This document shows positions 55,907-64,000 of a stretch of 64,000 nucleotides of DNA, piece by piece. Position 1 is the first letter of the stretch, and every line of letters starts with the position of its first letter. Origin of the DNA: an uncultured Candidatus Peribacteria bacterium (GTDB lineage: Bacteria > Patescibacteriota > Gracilibacteria > Absconditabacterales > Absconditicoccaceae); the NCBI GenBank assembly GCA_964495905.1, contig CAZBWN010000078.1, forward strand, positions 1,566-65,565, given 5' to 3'. The notes beneath the pieces are model-generated. The model searched no databases, was not told the origin of the DNA, and saw only the letters and a program-made list of their open reading frames with translations. The translations under genes and the position numbers were made by a program.

Positions 55907-57206
55907 ATTCTATTTTAAGAAAGATACGTTGATTAGGATAGAACATTTTTGAATTCTATTATTGACTTTGGATTGAAGAAGATTTTCTATTTGAAATGAG
56001 TTTAAACCTATTCTAACTCATATCCATTGATGAAATATTGATTTATTATTAAAGTTTGGTAAAAAAATCTGAGAAACTAAAATTGTAAGGCTTATTGAAG
56101 CATTGGTAGAAAAATGAATATTGATATATTCATTAAAAAAGATTAATTCAAAATTAAGAATTATTGAAAATGATTTTATTTCAAATGATTGTTTAAGTTT
56201 TCCAAGAACTGTTTATTGGGAATTGACACAATCCTGTAATCTTGAATGTATCCATTGTTATTCAAACTCTATGGTAAAATGATTCAAATGATTAGATTTT
56301 GATACAATTAAAAAGACTATTGATGAATTGATAGATAAATGAGTTGAATTCTTAAATATTTGATGATGAGAACCATTGATGTATAAGGATCTCTATAAGA
56401 CATTGGATTATGCAATATCAGGATGACTTGTGATTGAGATGACAACAAATTGAACTTTAATAGGGGAAGAATCGATAAAAAAATTAAAACAAGTCTGAAT
56501 GAAATTCATTCAGATAAGTCTTGATTGATCATGTAAAGAAATTTATGAAAAAATCAGAAAAAAGTCAGATTTTGACAAAGTGATTAATTCAATAAAGTTA
56601 TTGATTGCTTCTTGATTTGTTGTTTCTATCAATACTGTATTGATGAAACATAATAAGGATGATATCATAAATATAATTAAATTATGCAATAGTTTATGAG
56701 TTAGTTATTTCAAGGTTTCTCCATTGATGGAGACATGAAGATGATTTACAAATATGGATAATATCCAATTGAGTTTGATTGAATATAAGAAAATATATAA
56801 AACGTTACTTAAATATAAAAAAGATCATTGATCTGATGCCATCAAAATCATAATATATCAAAATATATTAAAACCTGATGTCAAAAATATAAATTGGATG
56901 CCAAAAGAACATTTTTGATGCCCCGCATGAAGGACTACATGTTGAATAGATCCTTATTGAAATGTATATCCTTGTTCATATATGAATCAAAAAGAATTGT
57001 CTTGTGGTAATATTAAAGAGCAATCATTGTCTGATATATGGTCAAAATCAGAAATAATGGCTAATATCAGAAATATTGATAAAATCTCATGAAAGTGTTC
57101 ACATTGTAAATTCTTGGACTTGTGTAGATGATGATGTAGAGCAATGGCATATTTAAGATATAAAAAAATAGATGCAACTGATCCTTTATGTGTTGTAAAT
57201 TTATAA
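55899..57206 (+). CDS. radical SAM/SPASM enzyme with N-terminal PqqD/RRE-like domain (rSAM-1)
   Basis: ATG overlaps the previous stop (ATGCATAA). TQSCNLECIHCY (CxxxCxxC), NI-GGG-EPLMY, SPASM -G-CPA-G-RTTC-G-IDPY-G-NVYPC ... CGNI ... CSHCKFLDLCR-GG-CRA ... DPLC. By hand count, 29 of 33 Gly codons are TGA. 1308 nt. Confidence 0.85.
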
Positions 57207-57210
57207 AAAT

Positions 57211-58227
57211 ATGAAAATATCTATAGCTACTAATTGGGATGATGATCTAGTTGATTATATATCAAAATCAAACAATGATTGTTTATCAAATAGCATATGT
57301 GAATTTTTTGCGTCAAAAGCGTTTAGTATCTTATGAAGTGCTAATACTGATGTTCCAGATCTATCGCTTCAAGATATAAAGCAAAAAATATCCTATATAA
57401 AAGATAAAAATATCCAATTTAATTACTTGATTAATTCAAGTAAAATGCCTGATTTAAATGATGAGATAATCAGAAAAAAAGTCTTAGATTATTTGTCATG
57501 GATCAATACATTAGGTATTGATATTCTAACAGTGGCTAGTGAGGATCTTTTAGATCTAATCTATAAGAATTTTCCCAATATCCCCATTAATATTTCTGTC
57601 GTATTATGACTAAAAACTATAGAGAAAGCTAATTATTTAAGAGAAAAATATCCAAATATCGTAAGACTAACTTTACATCAAGATATCAATAGGGATAAAA
57701 AATTATTGGAAGAGCATATTAAAAATGCACATAATCATCAGACACTAAAGCCAGTTGAGATAGAATTATTGGCAAATGAGGTATGCTTTATTGGGTGTTG
57801 ATTAATGAAAGATCATTATGATGCATTAACTTCCTTGTCTCAAAAAAAAACATGAAAAGATTTTATGTTTTGATGGTGCTGCGCCAAAAGAAAAGAAAAT
57901 ATTATTGATTTTATCAATTCTAGTTTTATTAGGCCTGAAGATATGATATTATATGAAGATTTATGAGTTGATATCATTAAATTAGCTTGAAGAAAGGAAC
58001 AAACCAATGAATTGAAACTTAGGGCAAAGGCATATTTAGAAGGTTATTATGATTGAAATATTATGGACTTATTTTTAGCAGAATTTTGGCCTATGAAAAA
58101 ACCTCCATATATTTCTAATTCTTCTTTTAACTGATTTGTAAAGTTTTTATGGGGACAAAAATTAATAAAAATTGATAATAAAGAAATATTTCCATGATTC
58201 AAAAATTTAGATTATAATCGGAATTAA
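57211..58227 (+). CDS. hypothetical protein, peptidase-U32-like (tentative)
   Basis: 1017 nt open with TGA=G, containing track fragment 57427..57609. MKISIATNWDDDLVDYI..., IELLANEVCFIGC-G-LMKDHY resembles the U32 Cys-containing motif. Weak, by eye. Confidence 0.4.
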
Positions 58228-58229
58228 TT

Positions 58230-60176
58230 ATGTATTATAAAATTAAAGACAATGTTTTGTGGAGAAATGAGAAAAATAGTTTTATGATACTCCATCCAGT
58301 ATCAAAAAAATTGATGATATTCTGAAAAGATATCTCAGATTTTGTTAGTAAATGATGAATAATTGATGGATTTAAATTAAAAGATAATGTATCTATTAAA
58401 TATTTGATTAAAGAATCAATTGTTGCTGATTATCTGATTGATTTTGATATAAATAATCACATATTTTGATCTGATAATTTTGTTTCGGCTCCTTTAAATG
58501 TGACGATACAGATAACCAACAGGTGTAATCTACAATGCGGACATTGTCATAAGGTTGATAAGTGATGTGTGAATATTGATAAAGATAGACTCATAACCTT
58601 GATTGATGAACTTCATGAAATGAAAGTGTTTAATATAAATATATCATGATGAGAACCATTGATGTATGAGTGATTATCTGATGTTATAAAATATATAGTA
58701 TCCAAATGAATGAAAATTACTATGTCGACAAATCTCGTACTCTGGGATGAAAATATGGCAAATACAATGCATCAATTATGAGTAAGACAATTACATGTTT
58801 CATTAGATTCAAGTGATGAAACATACCATGATCATATGAGATGACATAAAGGCGCTTATTTGACTACTATTAAAAATCTGGCAATCATAAAAAAAGCTGG
58901 TTTAACTTTTACTTTGGTCACTACTTTGGTTAATCAAAGCATTGATGATTATTCAAAGATCATAGATTTATCATATAAATTATGAGCTAGTTGACATAAA
59001 ACTAATATATTAGTCCCACAATGACAATGAAAGTCTATAGAAACTTGATATTATAAAGATTTAAATTTATTTAAATCATATATTCGTGTTTTTCTTCAAA
59101 AAAAGAAAAAATATGATAAAAAAATGTCTGTGATATGAGAAAGCATGTTCATGATAAGTATCTGAGAAAATATGGATAACAAACCCGATATTTTGAAGTT
59201 ATGGTGTCCAGCAGGAGTGTTGACCTGTGCAATAACTGAAAAATGAAATTTGTTGGCATGCCCCTTTTATACCGAGCTTAGTATGTGAAATATATATGAT
59301 GATTCATTTAAAGATTTATGGACAAAAAGCGTATTGCTTTGAAAAATAAGAGTGTGTAAAGAAAATGATGGTAGTTGATGTCAAGCAAGAGCATATTGAA
59401 TATCCAAATCAATTGAAAATAATGATCCATATATTCATAAAAATGTATATGATGCAAACAATCATGATTTCTATAATAATTCAGCAGAAAATAGAAATGA
59501 TTTTATATCGGTAGTCTGACATTGAATAAAGATTGAATGAGAAAAATGAAATAAAGAGTTCTATTGATTGATACATAATTATTTGATGAGTTCAGACCTA
59601 ACATTGGAGATTTGAACCTGAACTTGAATCGTACCGAAGACTTTGGGTTGTCTGTGAAAAAAGATAATTTCCATCGATTTTTCAGATAATATGTTGAAAT
59701 TGGCAAAAGAAAATTGTAGTATGTATGATAACGTCTTATTTATGAAAGAAGATATACATGCATTGACTTTTAGGGATGGTAATTTTGATCTTATCATTAA
59801 AAGGCTTGCTCCGGATGATCTATGAGAAATATTCAGAGTTTTGAAATTCGGTTGAAATTTCATTAATTTTACAAATTGAGAAAGAGATTGAATGGAATTA
59901 AAAGAACTTTTTTGATTTCCTTTCCATCAAAGCGTTTCTGATTATAAATCTCAATTGGTTAAACAATGATTTGAGATGATATATGAAGATGAATTTGAAT
60001 TTAAGGAAATCTATAATGATTTTGATATACTAATTAAAATGTTACATATAGCGCCTATCATACCTGACTTTTTGGATAGAGAGGCATATTATATTGATAA
60101 AATAAAAACTGAATTTGATGACACTAATTGCTTTGTTTTAACTCGTCATAAATATTTGGTAAATGCAAAAAAATAA
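58230..60176 (+). CDS. radical SAM/SPASM-like enzyme with RRE-like N-terminus, fused to a C-terminal class I SAM-dependent methyltransferase (rSAM-2/MT)
   Basis: TNRCNLQCGHCH, IS-GG-EPLMY, CPAGVLTCAITEK-G-NLLACP. Then LTLEI-G-T-G-T-G-IVPKTL (motif I), ISIDFSDNML, GNFDLII, LKF-GG-NFI. Frame continuity between the halves was checked codon by codon across 59331..59642. Same frame as track ORF 59976..60176. 1947 nt. Confidence 0.8.
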
Positions 60177-61200
60177 ACCATTTGATATATTTACATTGCA
60201 ATGGCATATTACAAATAATTGCCAATTAAGATGCACACATTGTTATGTAGATTTTTCAAAATCTTTTTCAATCAGTATGTCTGATTTTCATAAAGCTATG
60301 AATAATTATAAAAGATTCCTTGCATATTATTGAATAACGTGAAAGGTATATTATACTTGATGAGATCCACTTCTTCACCCAAATTTTTGGAATATTATGG
60401 ATGAAACAAAAAAACATTGATTAGAATCGGCTATATTTTGAAATTTCCATTTGTTGAATGATGAAAATATTCAAAAATTATGTGACAATGATATCAAATT
60501 TTATCAATTGAGTATGGAATGACTTAGAGAGACACACGATAACATAAGATGAGAATGAACATTTATCTGAGTAATTGATTCTATTGCTAAATTAGAACAG
60601 AAATGAATATATACTCTAGTTAATATGACATTATCAAAAATGAATATCGATCAGCTTATACCTTTAATTGAATTTTTAGCATATCATACCAATCTTTCAA
60701 GATTTGATTTTGTAAGAATAGTTCCTATTTGAAAAGCATCAAAAAACATTATGCTTTCTGATGCTGAATTGAAATCTATCTTTTTAAAGATATTGGAATT
60801 GGAGAAAAAAATAAAAAAAGATTGAAAAAAAATGGTTATATGAAAAAAAGATCATTTATGGAAATTATTATATTACCAATCAGATAAACTGAATATTAAT
60901 TTGAAAGACCAAACAGCTGGTTGCTGAATGGGATATAGGCACCTTACAGTAATTGAAAATTGAGATATCTATCTCTGTAGGAAACTACCAATTAAAATAT
61001 GAAATATCATTACCGATGATTTAATAGAAATATATGAAAATAATACAATTATTTCAGATGTATTGAATCTAAATTATGTCGTGTGATGCCACTGATGTAA
61101 ATTGGAATATGTGTGTAGATGATGTCCAGCTGTAACCTATTGATTAAATAATAATTTAACAAAAAAAGATCCTCAATGTCGGCAGAATTATTTATATTAA
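60163..61200 (+). CDS. radical SAM/SPASM enzyme (rSAM-3)
   Basis: ATG overlaps the previous gene by 14 nt. TNNCQLRCTHCY, YT-GG-DPLLH, SPASM A-G-C-G-MGYRHLTVIEN-G-DIYLC ... -G-NI ... -G-CH-G-CKLEYVCR-G-CPA ... DPQC. 1038 nt. Confidence 0.85.
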
Positions 61201-61212
61201 TAATGCATAAAT

Positions 61213-62259
61213 ATGTATATGGCAAATATCGTTATATGAGAAACCTATTGTGTCCTTAATTGTGATTATTGTATGTATACAAAAGATATTAGAAAGATTT
61301 TTTCAGAAAAAGAATTATCTACAGTTTCTGGAAATGTATCAAAAATAAAGAAATTTATAGATAATTATGCAAAGAAAATACAGGTCATATCTCTTACATG
61401 ATGAGAACCTACATTGTTCCCTGATATAATAAAGACTTTTTATGATAAATTTGATAATAAGATAATTAGAGTTTGTACCAATGGACTTTTATTAAATAAT
61501 GAATTATTAGATTCATTTTCTCCTGAAAGATTATATTTTGCCGTAACTTTGGATTGAATTGATTTAGAGGATAATTTATTCAGATTTAAATCTCAAGTTA
61601 TGTTGGATAAAATAATCTCTAACATAGATCTTTTGTTGAATAGATGATTCAGTGTTGAAATATTGACGGTTCTGAGTCCTCAAAATATGTTAAAATATAC
61701 TAAATTGATTGAATATTTTGAAAATAAATATCACAAATATATTGAAAACTGAAAAATATGGTTTATACCTATCGAACTAGTGAATTATATGAATTTAGAT
61801 AAATTTAAGATCAGTGATAAAATGAAATCTGATCTTGTGCTTGATCTCATGTCCTGTAAGAAAAAATCAATTATACTGTCAAGACAGAAAGAATATTTTG
61901 ATGAACTAATATCGTATTATTCATGAAATAGCGTCAATACTTGTGGTATGTATAAACGAGCGCTCCATTTAAAATATTTGGGGGATTCTATTCGAACAAA
62001 ATGATCATTTAATCTTTATTGATGCTGAAGCAGATGACATCTGATGATGTGAACAATGAATTTTAATAATTCATTTGATGCTTCTTTTATATTAGAAAGA
62101 AGAGAAACAAAATCAGTAAAATTATATTTTAAAGAATCGGATAGTGCATGTAAAAAATGTTTTGATAATCGACATTATTATTGATTAATATTAAAAAATA
62201 AATTACATAATGTCCCACATATATTAAAAAAAACAATTGATTTATATCATAATAATTAA
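61213..62259 (+). CDS. radical SAM enzyme with Cys-containing C-terminal domain (rSAM-4)
   Basis: YCVLNCDYCMY (CxxxCxxC at residues 12-19), SLT-GG-EPTLF, C-terminal NTCGMYK, Y-G-C-G-SR-G-, CKKC. 1047 nt. Confidence 0.75.
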
Positions 62260-62261
62260 AA

Positions 62262-63041
62262 ATGGAAGAAAAATTCTTGTTGAATAAAATTTGATCAAAC
62301 CCTAATAGACTTTGAGTCTTAATATGTACTCATGGAGATGAAACATTATGATTTAATGTTATGAAGATGATAGAAAATGTTGTAGATGATCTTACTTTTG
62401 TCTTGATGAATAAAAGGGCTTTTGATATATGAAAAAGATATGTTGAATATGATTTGAATAGGTGTTTCTTGTGAAATATATTGGAAAAATGACTTGATTC
62501 TTATGAATACAAATTATCACAAGAACTTCATGAAATACTAACTTGATTTGATAATATCATTGATATACATTCGACAAATTTTGATATAGATCCATATTTT
62601 ATTATAGATACACTCGAAAAAAAGGAATCAATATTGATTAAATCCGCATCTAATGAATTAATCAAAAATTCCTATCTAATACCTCTTTCAAAATGAACCG
62701 TAATCTGACCTTATTTGAATGCGATAGCAATAGAGTCTTGACCTAATAATGATAAGAAGAAAATACATCAAGTTGCAAACATAGTCAAAAATATATCAAA
62801 TAATATTTGATTTAATCATAACAATGAAAAGGAATTGAATGTTTTTTGATGAGAGTTGACAAAGAAAGATGTCTTTAGATTAAGAGAAGATATTAAAGAT
62901 TTTGATCTAATAGCTAAATGAGCAATTTTATGATATAATGAGGAATGAAAAATTGTGATAGCTAATGAAGATATGAAATTGTTTTGGATAAATAATAAAT
63001 TTGAAGATCCGAATGTTCTTGCAATAAAATTAAAAATTTAA
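62262..63041 (+). CDS. succinylglutamate desuccinylase/aspartoacylase (AstE/AspA, M14-like zinc carboxypeptidase) family protein
   Basis: VLICTHGDETL-G-, EYDLNRCFL-G-, IIDIHSTN. 780 nt with TGA=G. Confidence 0.65.
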
Positions 63042-63047
63042 TAAAAA

Positions 63048-63067
63048 ATCACGACCAAAATCGTGAT
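63048..63067. terminator. hairpin between the operon end and a convergent small ORF
   Basis: ATCACGA-ccaaaa-TCGTGAT. A T-run follows on the minus strand (A-run 63042..63047 on plus). Confidence 0.5.
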
Positions 63068-63093
63068 AAATATTACTTATTAACTTAGTTATC

Positions 63094-63255
63094 TTAATTT
63101 TTTGGACCAAACATCCATTTTCGTCTATTCATTGGAGGTATTCTTTTGTCATGTACTAAGATATTAGTAAGATAAATACTGTTTCCTTTATATCTAATTA
63201 TATTGTATTTATGATTTTTTGCAAATTTTGTCTTAGATATTAATCTTTTTGTCAT
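63094..63255 (-). CDS. hypothetical small basic protein (53 aa)
   Basis: ATG 63255, MTKRLISKTKFAKNHKYNIIRYKGNSIYLTNILVHDKRIPPMNRRKWMFGPKN, TAA 63096..63094. Below the track length cut-off. No family recognised. Confidence 0.3.
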   Translation of the reverse strand: MTKRLISKTKFAKNHKYNIIRYKGNSIYLTNILVHDKRIPPMNRRKWMFGPKN

Positions 63256-63377
63256 ACCCCTTAATTAGTGTACGAAAATGTCTGAATTTCGGCTTGAATT
63301 CTATATATAAATGTATATATACAACACACCCCTGTTTATACAGGTTATTTTTTTGTCTTTATACTGTTGAAATATAT

Positions 63378-63448
63378 TGGGGAATCGTCTAACGGTAGGA
63401 CAGCGGACTTTGACTCCGTCAGTCTAGGTTCGAATCCTAGTTCCCCAA
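63378..63448 (+). tRNA. tRNA-Gln (anticodon TTG)
   Basis: TGGGGAATCGTCTAACGGTAGGACAGCGGACTTTGACTCCGTCAGTCTAGGTTCGAATCCTAGTTCCCCAA. U1-A72, loop CU-UUG-AC. Confidence 0.85.
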
Positions 63449-63487
63449 GACTGATTAACTTCATGGCCCAATATAATGAAAGGACAT

Positions 63488-63562
63488 TGCGGGATAGAGA
63501 AACGGTATCTCGTTGGGCTCATAACCCGAAGACAGGTGGTTCGACTCCATCTCCCGCAACCA
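63488..63562 (+). tRNA. initiator tRNA-fMet (anticodon CAT), CCA encoded
   Basis: TGCGGGATAGAGAAACGGTATCTCGTTGGGCTCATAACCCGAAGACAGGTGGTTCGACTCCATCTCCCGCAACCA. GGG/CCC at the base of the anticodon stem and the ...CCCGCAACCA 3' end are typical of initiators. Confidence 0.8.
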
Positions 63563-63595
63563 AAAGAATATGTAAATTTGATATACTAGTACTGA

Positions 63596-63668
63596 TCGGG
63601 AGTAGCTTAGCTGGTAGAGCGTCTGACTCTGAATCAGGAGGTCCTAGGTTCGAATCCTAGCTCCCGAG
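63596..63668 (+). tRNA. tRNA-Gln (anticodon CTG)
   Basis: TCGGGAGTAGCTTAGCTGGTAGAGCGTCTGACTCTGAATCAGGAGGTCCTAGGTTCGAATCCTAGCTCCCGAG. U1-A72, G73, loop CU-CUG-AA. Confidence 0.8.
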
Positions 63669-63679
63669 AATGCATCCGT

Positions 63680-63735
63680 GCCGGGGTGATAAATTGAAGA
63701 ATAGACATGTCCGCCTAGGCGGATGCCATAAACAG
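63680..63735 (+). pseudogene. tRNA-Leu-derived 5' fragment whose anticodon arm is replaced by the GTCCGCCTAGGCGGAT palindrome
   Basis: GCCGGGGTGAT (identical to the first 11 nt of the tRNA-Leu at 63768), D-arm-like ...AATAGACAT, palindrome, then GCCATAAACAG. No T-arm or 3' acceptor. Confidence 0.6.
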
Positions 63736-63767
63736 TTAGTGAAAAAATTTAATAAAATTGTGTTCAT

Positions 63768-63848
63768 GCCGGGGTGATGGAATGGTAGACATGCTTGGCT
63801 TAGAACCAAGTGCCATACGGTGTGCAGGTTCGAGTCCTGTCCCCGGTA
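63768..63848 (+). tRNA. tRNA-Leu (anticodon TAG)
   Basis: GCCGGGGTGATGGAATGGTAGACATGCTTGGCTTAGAACCAAGTGCCATACGGTGTGCAGGTTCGAGTCCTGTCCCCGGTA. Long variable arm. Confidence 0.88.
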
Positions 63849-63928
63849 GTTGATTGTAGATTGAATGATAGACATGTCCGCCTAGGCGGATGCCACACGG
63901 TGTTCAGAATAACTCCCTGTCCCCGGTA
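63849..63928 (+). pseudogene. tRNA-Leu-derived 3' fragment with the same palindrome in place of the anticodon arm and a degenerate T-arm
   Basis: ...GATTGAATGATAGACAT-GTCCGCCTAGGCGGAT-GCCACACGGTGTT-CAGAATAACTCCCTG-TCCCCGGTA. Variable arm and 3' acceptor match the tRNA-Leu at 63768. The 5' acceptor is missing. Confidence 0.6.
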
Positions 63929-64000
63929 AATACATTCTTTGTACTAAAGTATCATTTTATGTTGAAAATGATATCTAGATTCTTATAGGTTAGTACATTG

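Noticed and set aside
55251-63366. The near-absence of ORFs in the supplied track could suggest non-coding DNA or a heavily pseudogenised region.
   Set aside because: With TGA read as Gly the region is one continuous set of eight genes with canonical motifs (CxxxCxxC, GGEPL, SPASM, HExxH, methyltransferase motif I). The ORF desert is an artefact of very high TGA-Gly usage.
63596-63668. Considered whether this tRNA might be the recoding tRNA (UGA-Gly or CGR-Trp decoder).
   Set aside because: Careful folding gives anticodon CUG with U1-A72 and G73, which are classic tRNA-Gln features. No tRNA in this window has a UCA, UCG or CCG anticodon.
63709-63724. The palindrome inside the tRNA-Leu-like fragments considered as a functional anticodon arm (it still contains TAG).
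   Set aside because: The best pairing leaves a 6-nt (or 4-nt) loop lacking U33. The fragments also lack either the T-arm and 3' acceptor or the 5' acceptor, so they cannot fold into a complete tRNA.

Overview
Strongly AT-rich, gene-dense bacterial segment that only reads sensibly under a non-standard genetic code. In-frame TGA sits at conserved glycine positions in nearly every housekeeping gene (RuvB LEN-G-DILFIDEIHRL, MurC GAGGTGMSG, NDK, H+-pyrophosphatase, radical-SAM GGEPL). That indicates translation table 25, the SR1/Absconditabacteria-Gracilibacteria type within the Candidate Phyla Radiation. CGA and CGG codons also sit at invariant tryptophan positions (thioredoxin WCGPC, SSB RTRKW, S1 DPW, PEBP, NDK, PheRS). 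The supplied standard-code ORF track is therefore fragmented and often shows antisense artefacts, so all gene models below were re-derived by hand with TGA=Gly and checked for frame consistency against the track. Housekeeping content: ruvB, ndk, murC, hppA, ssb, lepB, pyk, trxA/trxB, trpS, a monomeric PheRS, ribosomal proteins L31/L33/S16/S15/S1, and nine tRNAs. Envelope and surface content: O-antigen-ligase-like protein, GT2, pyruvyl transferase, an SLH-repeat protein, two ~1190-aa surface proteins, VirB2-like pilins, a VWA protein and two MscS channels. Decay and duplication signs: a truncated uvrB, a pepD remnant, tRNA-Leu half-copies and a tandemly duplicated promoter-gene-terminator cassette. 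The most interesting region is 55.0-63.0 kb, which is almost empty in the standard-code track. Under code 25 it is a tightly packed operon: promoter, 38-aa peptide gene, hairpin, HExxH protein, four radical-SAM enzymes (three with recognisable SPASM cysteine motifs, two with PqqD/RRE-like N-termini, one fused to a methyltransferase), a U32-like protein and an M14/AstE-like carboxypeptidase. This looks like a candidate uncharacterised RiPP or peptide-derived-cofactor pathway. No rRNA, CRISPR array, transposase or integrase was recognised. All similarity statements come from reading translations by eye, since no searches could be run.
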